A stretch of 64,000 bases of DNA, taken from positions 62,001-126,000 of the forward strand of contig JAQGDQ010000153.1 of assembly GCA_030141605.1 (NCBI GenBank). Reading direction: 5' to 3'. Shown one piece after another: positions 43,001 through 52,600 of the stretch (positions are counted from its first letter, which is position 1; each line of letters starts with the position of its first letter). A model generated the notes under the pieces. It searched no databases. It saw only the letters and a list, made by a program, of their open reading frames with translations, and had not been told where the DNA came from. Source of the DNA: Tubiluchus corallicola. Taxonomy: Eukaryota > Animalia > Priapulida. The translations under genes were made by a program, and so were the position numbers.

Positions 43001-45099
43001 TATTTGGAATTTTGAAAAAGTTTAATTAGCCTACTAGAATTGTGCCTACTCATTCTACCTGCAGTAGTTAAGCAACCATGGTGATAAAAAGTGATTTGGT
43101 GGATGAGGTACGTTGGGGAATAATTTTTTTTAGTTGTGTCCCTTAACTATGCTTCTATTTTTGCTTTAAATACTGTAAATAATATTTCAAATTTGGAACT
43201 TAGAGCCTGAACCAGTTCCTTTTTGCAGAAGAACTAGAACTACTGCTTGAATTTTCAATAATAGACTGGGCTGTTTTTGAGTTTGGCACATTTGTTTTTC
43301 TAACATATAAACTGGATTATTATAAATTTTACAAGAGGTACTATATTTTCACATTTGTACAATAATGAGTTACGCCAAAAATTCTAAGCAATAGAACGAC
43401 AGGTTAAGCAAGTACCACAAGAATGAGTTTTGGCTAACGTAAATTTTTTAAATTTCGAGATTGCAAGATAAAAAAACGCAAGTGAAAACACTTGTATGCA
43501 ACTTGAATTGCACAATGTGTTGAAGTATCGCCATTTTTCAGTAGGGTTATTCCATGTCAAATGAATCAAGGTTTCAGTAGTGACCATCCCAGATTTGCTT
43601 CATACTTTTAAAATTACTTCTTCCATTATTATTAAAGAAAAATACGGAAAACTAGCTTAATATAATCAATACTTTTAAAGTTATAAAGTAACAAATGAAG
43701 AAAGATCGTTGACTTCTTGATGCCTTTCTTGCTTTAAAGAGTTCACCAAGTTTTTTTATCATATAATTGGTGTTAATCAATACACATAGCTAAAATAACT
43801 TACTTTTTATTTCACATCATCAAATATTTTTCGGCCAAAAACTTTTCTGGGAAACGAGTCTAACTCAGAGATCATTTATGTAGAGTAAGAAAAAAAGTGG
43901 ACCAACAGTTGAGTCTTGTGGAACACCATACTGTACATTTAGCAGTTCTGAGTTTTCATTAGTGACAGATGTATATTGTGTTCATTTGAGTTTATACGAT
44001 TGCAGTAATTGAAGAGGAAGACCTCTGATACTGTAGTGTTCAAGTTTGGCTAATAAGGCATCATGTTGTACAGTATCAAAGGCCTTCGTTAAGTTTAAAA
44101 ATATGAACGCAAGTGCATTTATTTTGATCCATATTAAGTCACAGATTATCTACAGCTTCAGCAATAGCTAAGGCTGTGTTGTATCTTTTACGAAACTGAA
44201 ATTTGGAGAGAATTTTGTTGTCATTCATAAATTTTATTAACCAGTTGTAAAGGAATTTTGCAAATATTTTGGAGATAGGTGATAGTAAAAATATTGGCCT
44301 ATAGTTAGTGGGGTTGTCAGGGGAATCACCTTTACAAATAGGAATGATTTTAGCTGCCTTTATACAATTGGGGAAGATGCCATCAATAATAACCTTATTA
44401 AACAAGTTAGTTAGAACAGGGGTAATAATGAGACTGATTAATTTGTAGAATGATGTAGGGATGTTTTCAAGTTCAGAGGCTTTACTGCAATTTAAATTAT
44501 TAAATGCTTTATTCACTTCAGCTTCAATGATGGGTGTTAAAAAGAAAGAATTTGGCGAAGCATATCCTAGAAAAGACTGATATGACACTTGTGTAGCAAA
44601 AAAATTGTTCATGACTCGACAGATATCAGTAATATCGCTTGAGAGGATGCCATCTTTGTATACTTTTTTCGATGTTATGCGTTGATGTGAGGCCCATTTT
44701 AGCAGACCTAAATGCACAACTTTACATTAACTTTGAAAAGTACTGCTCTTCTTCTCTGTTACTTTCAAGTTAGTTTTCCGTTTACGTTTGAATTTCGGAT
44801 CTTTTAATGATCTATAGCCAGATGGATTTTGATAACTGTGCAAGAAACCATACCTATTCAAAAATAGACACATTCGTTATCGGCTTTTTACCTTTGGTTC
44901 TATAATAAGGTAAGAAGTTGATAAAAAAATTCAACCGCTTAAAGTTTATGTGTGAGTAACTTACGGAATACAAGCAGAGCAACCTGTACTGTCGAGCTTA
45001 TTCAATATTATTTTAAATTTTGTATTGTAAACTATCATACCTGCTGTCAAAAGTTACAGGCAAACTCGGATCTTGCTCACTGTCACTTGTTGATTCCAT
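1828..45099 (-). CDS. CDK5RAP2: Giant centrosomin / CDK5RAP2 / myomegalin (PDE4DIP) family pericentriolar scaffold protein, ~5,141 aa, 33 coding exons
   Basis: Phase-consistent GT-AG exons (5'->3'): 45099-45041, 41476-41397, 39627-39560, 39032-38922, 38377-38301, 37420-37297, 36305-36198, 35427-35095, 34127-33969, 32993-32901, 32640-32540, 32266-32178, 31676-31524, 31245-31065, 30708-22884, 21903-21782, 21034-20862, 20534-20420, 19938-19804, 19520-18211, 17882-17736, 17414-17245, 16514-14437, 13559-13392, 12424-12291, 9362-9181, 8193-7787, 7021-6867, 5237-5071, 4718-4557, 4082-3993, 3494-3446, 1928-1828 (sum 15,426 nt). Family motifs: CM1 TMKEYEQQILNLKHENFNLKLRIFFME; CRLLTEQLQELGEFLEELL; IEQHLSEIRVLQHRLQESIANNDQLREQLE; GRIDDYELLTREI; RLIRLFW; CM2 MEKAIVKQLSKTHKVLRKAKANLE. 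Probably co-orthologous to vertebrate CDK5RAP2 and PDE4DIP. Confidence 0.9.
5463..6077. mobile_element. piggyBac-like non-autonomous element
   Basis: Flanked by TTAA (5459-5462, 6078-6081). Degenerate TIRs CTCTTTAACTAT / GTAGTGAAAGGG (reverse complement CCCTTTCACTAC). Subterminal palindrome GGCGGCAGACTGCCGCC. Confidence 0.6.
10280..11925 (+). mobile_element. 5'-truncated non-LTR retrotransposon (CR1/L2 group), RT thumb and 3' end
   Basis: ORF 10452..10907 IKYLGLYIDANLTWKTHI...YYALIYPYIQYCIISWG...YFSKISNHHDYNTR, then G.KLWN.L, all typical LINE ORF2 C-terminal motifs. Frameshifted upstream. The AT-rich tail ends AATAAAGTGAACTGAA near 11906-11921, so the 3' boundary is approximate. Antisense in centrosomin intron 25. 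Confidence 0.8.
14437..16514 (-). CDS. CDK5RAP2: Exon 23 (2,078 nt), long coiled coil
   Basis: ORF 14424..16514 (696 aa, E/K/L/Q heptad-rich); acceptor TAG at 16517-16515, donor AG|GTATGA at 14436. Confidence 0.88.
18211..19520 (-). CDS. CDK5RAP2: Exon 20 (1,310 nt), Ser/Pro-rich disordered segment ending in coiled coil
   Basis: ORF 18185..19519; acceptor AG at 19522-19521, donor G|GTGAAC at 18210; phases fit neighbouring exons. Confidence 0.85.
20862..21903 (-). CDS. CDK5RAP2: Exons 16-17: Cnn-type leucine zipper / PReM-like region
   Basis: Spliced translation ...WMEKQLCNTRNTC|RLLTEQLQELGEFLEELLCYD... resembles the Drosophila Cnn LZ segment (LTERLEELAGFL) as I recall it. Confidence 0.7.
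22884..30708 (-). CDS. CDK5RAP2: Giant internal exon 15 (7,825 nt) of the centrosomin gene; coiled-coil and low-complexity segments
   Basis: Uninterrupted ORF (track 22767..30689, 2640 aa). Acceptor AG at 30710-30709 and donor CAG|GTAAAT at 22883; entry phase 2 and exit phase 0 fit exons 14 and 16. Contains RSHLPILLRK (SxIP-type). Confidence 0.88.
31009..31044. repeat. (TA)18 microsatellite
   Basis: Pure TA run in the intron between exon 14 and the giant exon. Confidence 0.95.
34623..34672 (+). pseudogene. tRNA-Ile(AAU)-derived fragment / SINE head
   Basis: GGCCAGTTAGTTCAGTTGATTAGAGTGTGGTGCTAATGA closely matches the 5' half of eukaryotic tRNA-Ile(AAU) (GGCCGGTTAGCTCAGTTGGTTAGAGCGTGGTGCTAAT); the T-arm and 3' acceptor strand are missing. 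Confidence 0.6.
35737..35772. repeat. Compound (TA)n(TG)n(TA)n microsatellite
   Basis: Read directly from the sequence. Confidence 0.9.
38301..39627 (-). CDS. CDK5RAP2: Exons 3-5 of the centrosomin gene: CM1 / gamma-TuNA (gamma-tubulin ring complex activating) domain
   Basis: Spliced translation RTMKEYEQ|QILNLKHENFNLKLRIFFMEKQMRDLVPIDKEQVFKA|NIDLNIQVESLKESLDEKQELLKKA matches the CM1 consensus (LKKENFxLKLRIYFLEE...NIELKVEVESLK). Confidence 0.93.
42165..42232. repeat. Local direct duplication (~25 bp unit)
   Basis: CTTTT(T)GTACAACTACTAATGAATGC occurs twice, ~42 nt apart. Confidence 0.85.
42782..42944. mobile_element. Tc1/mariner (pogo/Tigger-like) MITE, 163 bp
   Basis: TIRs CAGTCAAACCTC / GAGGTTTGACTG with TA on both sides (42780-42781, 42945-42946). 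Confidence 0.8.
43865..44740 (-). mobile_element. Degenerate non-LTR retrotransposon reverse-transcriptase fragment (CR1/L2 group)
   Basis: ORF 44139..44717 ...GIFPNCIKAAKIIPICKGDSPDNPTNYRPIFLLSPISKIF.... It continues through frameshifts and stops as IFLNLTKAFDTVQHDALLAKLEHYSIRG...YGVPQDSTVGPLFFLLYINDL, then is truncated. In centrosomin intron 1. Confidence 0.88.
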
Positions 45100-45179
45100 T
45101 TGTACGTTGAGTCTGATATAAAAAAAACAGTGATCATGAAATCAAAACAAGGAACAATCACAGAAAAACGACAGGATCC

Positions 45180-45360
45180 AAACTTTCCGCCATTCTTGTT
45201 TTGCAAATTCATAATTTGCTTAAAGCGCCACCTACAGGTGGCTGCGTCAACTATTTTGGAATTAATATCGCTGGGCCGTTCGATTTTTACAACATGAGAC
45301 AATCGAATGCCAATTGCCAAGAAAATTTCATGGTCAATGTAATCCACTCGTGTAATCGAG
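45180..45360. promoter_or_regulatory. Candidate bidirectional promoter region (centrosomin / MRG15)
   Basis: Local CpG-richer patch between the divergent ATGs (45099 minus, 46676 plus). YY1-like AATGGCGG on minus (45194-45187) and CTCF-like GCGCCACCTACAGG (45225-45238). TSSs not determined. Confidence 0.4.
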
Positions 45361-45699
45361 TTAAGTTCCTCTCCCGAGAAGTGAAAAGAGAAATCACTTT
45401 GAATTTCAAGCTCTTACTGTGTTTCATAAGTTTCTTATTGTATAAACTATGATTATGACTTTCTAAAGCAATATCTCTTGTTAGAATTGGTTTACACCAC
45501 CAATGCAGATGCATAGTTTACATACAATAAGAGACATCAGATTAGATTTTTGGGTTACTCACTTGTGATGTGCCTTATAAATAGGTGTTCTTCACTGTGA
45601 AGCGAGTCTCATTCTCGATTTGTTGATAAATTCTTTATTGCCAGTAATATACATGTAATTGACAAATTAATAACCAATTGAATGCAATTTCGATATTTT

Positions 45700-46550
45700 G
45701 AAATTAAACCCAATTTATTCAATCATCATCAGAAAGTCATTCCACGAGACCATTCTTCTTTCATTTTCATAAAGACAGCACTGCAAAAATTATATGTTCT
45801 AAACTTTCTGTCTCTGAACCACATTTGCACTTCCTATCAATCTCACAATTTTATCCTCCTTATACAAGGGATTGCCATTTACCTTCAGTACATCAATCCC
45901 TGCTTTTACCAACAGTACTGAATCATACACGTGACCCATCCAGGTTTCATAATAGGGTGTTGATTTATCACCTTTGTACCTAACTGCAGTAGAGCATTAA
46001 ATTCTGACAACCTGTTTTGCCATAATTGTAAACCCTTTTCTCTCAACATGTGTTCAATCAAATTATCCTAGCCTTTTTTAGAAAATTTATATAAGTTATT
46101 CTGTCCAATACATCCTATGGATAAATCCGCCCAATGTTACACTGATACATCGGATTTGTCTGCCATTGTGCAGACGCAGTTAGATCCAATTCTATAGGCT
46201 AGTGCAAATAAAATTTTAAACAGTATTTCAAACATCCCTTGGCCTCTCGAGATCTTTCCTCAAAAGATGAAGAACCAATCTCACTTTTTACCGCAGCTCC
46301 ACAGTAATTATTAGTTTTCCAGACCCATCTTGCAAATGAATCCTATAAACTACCATAGAAGCCTACTTCTTTTTGGTATAAGATCCTATCAACACAACCA
46401 AACGTATTCTTAGGGACAATCACTTCTTTCCAGTTTCTACCACGCCCACCAGATTCTTCCAAATTCCCGAAGTTCCCTTCTAGCATGTGAGTACTGAGTA
46501 GTGAGTACGTATGGCAGCTTATGACTTTGGAGCATGGGACCTTGTCATAC
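45700..46550 (-). mobile_element. Heavily decayed non-LTR retrotransposon 3' region with CCHC zinc knuckle
   Basis: Minus strand ~45837-45776 reads DRKCKCGSETESLEHIIF(frameshift)QC, the CxCG...E...H...C motif at the C-terminus of many LINE ORF2 proteins. Upstream sequence is coding-like but full of stops; boundaries approximate. Confidence 0.5.
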
Positions 46551-46675
46551 AAAAGAATATTACGCGTATGACACCGAACGAATATTTGAAGGTTTCGGAT
46601 ATTGTTTTTTTTTCATAAATTGTAGAAAAATCCGAGGAAAATTTTGAATGGCCTGCATCATTGTTTGATTTAGAA

Positions 46676-49600
46676 ATGCCTCCAAAAACAGCTAAATTTC
46701 AGCCAGGTATATACCGATGTTGACAATGTTATTATTGAATCTATTGCATTGTTCTGTTACGGTGATTACACAGCGCCCTCTCTACCAAGCAACTGGCAGG
46801 CATTCTTCTGTAGTTGCGAGATACAAGACGCTATCACTTTTTTCACTTATTTCTTTTTATTCTTGCTTTCTAAATTCCATGCTGTCCACTGCAACATTCT
46901 TTATTCTTCTCAGTAATTCTACATTTGTTTGCACAAGGTCTTGAGCTTGAACTCCTCTTTTGTTTAAAGGAATTTAATCTTCACACACAAATAGATGCTC
47001 TGTTGTGTCCTTTTCCTTCTTACACAGGTGATTTCTGGCATTGAGCGCACTGCTCTCATTGCAATTTAAAATTTACTTATGCTCTCTGAAGCTGTTATAT
47101 TACTTTGAAGACAATTCCATGAAGTAATCACACGTTGACTAGACAAATGTTGCCTACATTACTTAGTTTTATCACTACAGAACGTCCCCGAAGCCGACAG
47201 AAAGACCTGTCTAGAGATTTAGAAAAGAAATCAGTTGACAACAGCAATTGTACTACGTCTTTGTTTTAGAGAAGACACAGACGATAAACCAGTATCACAC
47301 GCTAAGCGAAAAAACTCTTCTGAATTGCTTCGAGGCATTGAATATCCGTTACATATTGTGCTGACCCATACAACAACAGCATATTCCAACAAATGGTAGA
47401 TCATATTTTTATATAAAGGCAAAATGACAGATGAATCTCTGCTAAAATGGCTATTATAAATTATTTTAAATAATCACTCGGCAATGTTTTGAAACATTAC
47501 TACAAGAAACAAGTGAAAGAAACCCAATCTAGATTTGTTTACTGGCATTGACTGTACAGTGTTTACTGGCATGTACTGTGCAATTTTGCTGGTAGGCTAT
47601 CATCGCGCATGTATTGCAGAATTTTGTGTTAAACGTTTCCTCATTATTTTAATGTGTAGCTGCTCAATTTGCAGGCGTGTTAATATAAGCAAATCTATGT
47701 ACCAAAATACATAGCAGCAAGTCATAACAGCAAGTTACAGATCTTTACCGATGGTTCTAGACTGTGGTGATAAACCAATGGTAGCTGTGTTGATACTTTT
47801 GTCGATAATTAAATATTTTTTGTAGGCAGCATTAGGCCATAATTTTAACCTAAAAATTTTTTGAAATCTTTGGTTTAGGAGTGATACTTACAATATTTAA
47901 ATTTTAAAGTAAATACGCTGTTTTTTGGAAACATGATGTAAAATCAATAGTTTAGCTTTTTGCTGCAGCTTAGAGAAATTAGAAGGTAGGCCTATGTTTT
48001 TATATTAGCTTTGATCAATAAGGTGTCTTTTTAGTTGTTTCATCCACTGTGTTTCATCCATTTAGGTGTTTCATCCACTCAGGCCACAAGCCTTTAGTTT
48101 TACTGCTAAATGATGGTTAAATTACTGTTAAATCCATCCATACAATAACTCAGTAACTCGTCTCAAGTTATTTGTCATTTCAAGGACCCAGTGAGCTTAA
48201 GAGCCATTCTGTTTGACTTCTCCAGTGCAATTAAACAATTGGCACTGCAAGAAATCTTGCTTTTTTACTGCTTCTGTGTCTGCTAAAAGGATGAATATTC
48301 AAGCTGATAAAAAGTAATACAGACATTTCATTCCCTGACTGGGCTGGAAAGTTTAATACCTGTAACTGCAAGGCAGATATATTATAGAAAACAAAATTAA
48401 TAGTAGTTTAAAATACATTTTCATAAGATTGCGTTTGTTGTTGGCATAATTTGCTATGCTAAGAGATTTTTTAGGTCATATTATAGTTAAGATTGCTAGG
48501 CTGATAATAGGCCTATTATACTGCTGATTTATGACTTTGCAAACTTCACAGTTGCATACTATACTACATTAAAGAAGATTGACCCATGCCATGCCATGTC
48601 AATGAATCTAAAAATTTCTGTGTCGATTATTTTCCATTACTTAACAAGGAGCAAATGCGCCAACCTAAGATTTCCCACATTTCTAGAAAAGTATTCATTT
48701 ACATCCAGGCATTTCTGTCATCAGATCCTATTGTGACTCCCTCCGAAAGTGACTTGTGCATGATAATACTTGAGCAGTGCATTGTAGCGTTACTCATAAG
48801 TACTCACTGTACACAAGTATAGCATGTTGTCATTTTGTTGTTGTCCTACAAGTTTTGCCTTTAAATGTCTTAAATTTTATGAGATCATCATGGTCTCACC
48901 AGTAATTGACAATACTGGCTTAGTAATGTGAATTTTAAGTTGCATTCTGTCATTATTCCATTAAATGGTATTCTTTCAGTTTTCTAAATTATATAGGCCT
49001 AGTCCATTTTTATATAAGACTTGTATATAATATTAACTCACTTCCATTTCTCTAGACCTAATTATACATATCTGTAATTATTGATATGATGTACCGTATT
49101 TTCCCGTGTATAAGAGACCCTTTTTTGCTCAGAATTTTCACTTTAAAAATAGGGGGTCTCTTATACATGGGAGTAAGTCTTTTCAATAAGATGCATAAAT
49201 TGTGACACTAATGATTTTAAAGAAATAAGTGCTCTACAACTGTTTTATTTCGAATAATTATAGTTTCCTTTCAATAAATCTTCTCCATGGCTAAATTCTA
49301 ATGATAAAATTAATGTACCGGGTAAGTTATTATTTTTTTAAATGTCAAAAGAGGACAATGCCATTTTTGAGCAGAGTGACTCCTCTGATGATGAACTGGC
49401 TGGAATTGCTGAAGGTCTGACTCCAGTTGATATTTTTGATGAGAGTGATGAGGAATTTAATGATTTCTATGATGAATAAAGTTATTCATTACCAAAAAAC
49501 TTTTTTCCAGAATTTTTGCCTAAAAATTGAAGGGGTCTCTTATACACAAGGGTCTCTTATACATGGGAAAATACGGTAATATCGGTCACAAATTTGTTGG

Positions 49601-52600
49601 TTTGTACTGTTACTTATTGGTATTTTTTAGGTGAGAAAATTTTGTGTTTTCACGGACCATTATTGTATGAAGCAAAGGTAAGGAACAATCACAAATATTT
49701 AGTAGCTTGGACATTTATGAAATTAATGGATAAATAAATTAATTGACTGATATTTTGATAAAATTAAATAATCAAATGATGCGAGACCATTTTGGTGCAA
49801 GTGCACAATTTATTACACAGAAACTGCCAACTACATTGAAAAGTGCTCAGTGTGCTATGTATTTACACAAGTAGAAAAAAATACTTTGTTTTGAATAATT
49901 CAAATTAAATGTTGCTTGCGTTTGTCATATTGATGAGTTTAAGTTAGTATAAGTCTCCTGCAGGGCCTATTTCAAGGGGGGGAAGTGGGGATACTTCCCC
50001 GGGGCCTCACCCTCCGGGGGGGCCTCGCGCCAAGGTAATATTTTTTGCTTTAAGCAAATATACTGCGTCCTCTCTCCCTCTCTCTCTCTTGCCGCACGTG
50101 CGCCGTTTGCCAGTATTGACAAGTATTAAGGACTGGTCTTGAGAATAAAGCAGTTTTTCTTTCAATTGTTCTTTCCTTTAACTACTGTATAACTCCATAT
50201 TTCTGGCATTCTAGCAGTTCAAACATTTTTTGGGCACCAACCATGGTAATGCCGGTTGCCCGCTGCTTCGCCCCCCCCCCCCCCCCGATGGGGCATCATA
50301 TGCCCCACTTCCCTGGGCCTCGCCTAGGCTGAAATAGGCCCTGGTCTCCTGATTAAAGTGTACACTGCAGCTAGAAATTGACGGTAGCTTATATTCCTGA
50401 ATTTATTTCCTAAGTGCGAAAGCACTGATTGTTGTATATAATACAAAAGAATATTATTTGCATCTATTTGAACGTTAATTTGACTATTTGCACATTTCAT
50501 TTCTTTCTTTCCATATTTTGTTAGCATTGTTAAATTAGTTTGATACCAGGTGCAGACCTACAGTTTTGTGTTTTTGTTTACTAATCTGTTATACTGTATT
50601 TATTGTAGTGTGTTACTCATGAGATTATAGACAAACAGTTGAAATATTTGGTGCATTACAATGGTTGGAACAAAAAGTAAGTTCAATTTTCAATTAACAA
50701 ATTTAAATTTTACATATCTATTGCCACATTTTTAGTTATAAACCATTTGCATTTATTGTGGTAGCTTATTAATGTACTTTTTACTAAATGAAACAAGATT
50801 GGCTTTATTTTCTACACTGCTCTGAAAGGGTGACTTTTAACAGTTGCACCACCTGATATTTCTAGGGCATTCCATTTATCTAACAAATTCATCTTTTCAG
50901 CTGGGATGAATGGATACCCGAAAGCCGCGCCTTGAAGCTCAATGATGCCAATATACAGAGACAAAAAGAGCTTGAAGCTGAACATGCTCAGATTTCGCAG
51001 TAAGCGTCTATGTTTTTTTCAACTGACGTGAACTTCAGGTTTTTCATTCATATAGTAGTTATGTTCTTTCAAATATGTAAAAGCCAAATAATTTATTTAA
51101 GTAAATTGCAATAAGGTTAGCAAGCTTGTAATTCTCATGTTGTAATCTGCAAACAAAGTTAACTGCATAAAGTTTCTCAGAGTTTTGAACAGGGTGGTTC
51201 ATAGCATTTTGCTAGGGGCACAAGGAAAACAAGTAACAGTACAGATCAATTTATTACATCAAAGTATTTCCCAAGCATTAACAAATCTATTATGTCTTCA
51301 AAAAAGGCTGTGCAAGGCACTCAGGGCTTTCATATTAAATTTTGAAAGTGTGACACATTATCTGTTGTTATAACAGTCCTTTGATACAAGTTGTTATCTA
51401 CTGTTACTCATTGTTTCTGCATTTCTGTACTTATGTGTTGGACTTGATCCTAAAATCACGTTGAATAAATGGAGATACATTTAGGACATTATTCCTTGGT
51501 TTATTATCAGTAAACAAAAATAACGAAATAAAAATATTAGATCTGCCATAGCGAACAGCCGACATTACTTCCAGCTCTGTAACAGCTAACTAACTAGGTC
51601 AAAAAAGTTATAGAATTCAGGTGAGAAACCAACCTGGAGCATAAATTAGAATCAGCAGGCGGGTCATAACATAGCGCCTAGCAAAAGGTTATGTGCAACT
51701 TTTACTTTAGCAAGGTCAAGAAATCAAAATCAGGGAAAAAATCTGATGTTTTGGCAAAGTCTTCACAAAAAGCGCCCACTTCACCGGCACCTCATCAAGA
51801 AAAACAGAAAACCAAAGGTAAATAATGAAAATAATTTCTGATCAGCCAGTAATTTTTTCTAACTAGAATCTTATGCTAAAGCAATGAAAACTGCATTCTT
51901 GACATTTGTCTTCTTGACATTTTAAGTTTTTGTGCTAAATATTTTGACTATCAATAACTGTCAATTATTATAAGTTTTATTATAAGTGGTAATATTTACG
52001 ACTGGTAATACTTATGTAGCAATCGTTTTTGCTACTGTGGTTACTCATATTATTCAAAGGTTATTCTTGATGCTTTACGCTTTCACCTTTTTGCAAACAA
52101 TTCACTTCTGTGCTTGATTGTTTAGTAGCAGATGACTCTAAGCCACCATCACGAGCTGGCACTCCATCGCGAGAACCACCAGCCAAAAAGCGCAAAACCA
52201 AAATAGATCCTACTGTGGAACCAGTGAGTACTTTTATTTGTTTGCACTTACTACCTGACAGAGCGTTGTTTACTATTTTCAATAAAGTGTCGCATGTTTT
52301 TATTTGCTATTTCCAGAGTTTTATGTTAGATTATAAGTCATAAATCATTTATTTCACATGTGCAAAATACTATGAGCACATTAAGCTCAGTACAACTTTA
52401 ATTTACTTAATAATTGAAATTAGATGTACCTCACTCTAAAGTCTGTCTGAGTGTTAATGCATTGCAGAACTCAAAAAGCTGAGCAAAAGTAAAAACAAAT
52501 GGGTAAAAATAAAAATTTATGAGATACAATATAAAAAGGATTGGTACTTTGCACAGAAATGATACAATGAATGATGCTTATATATGGGATTACAATTTTG

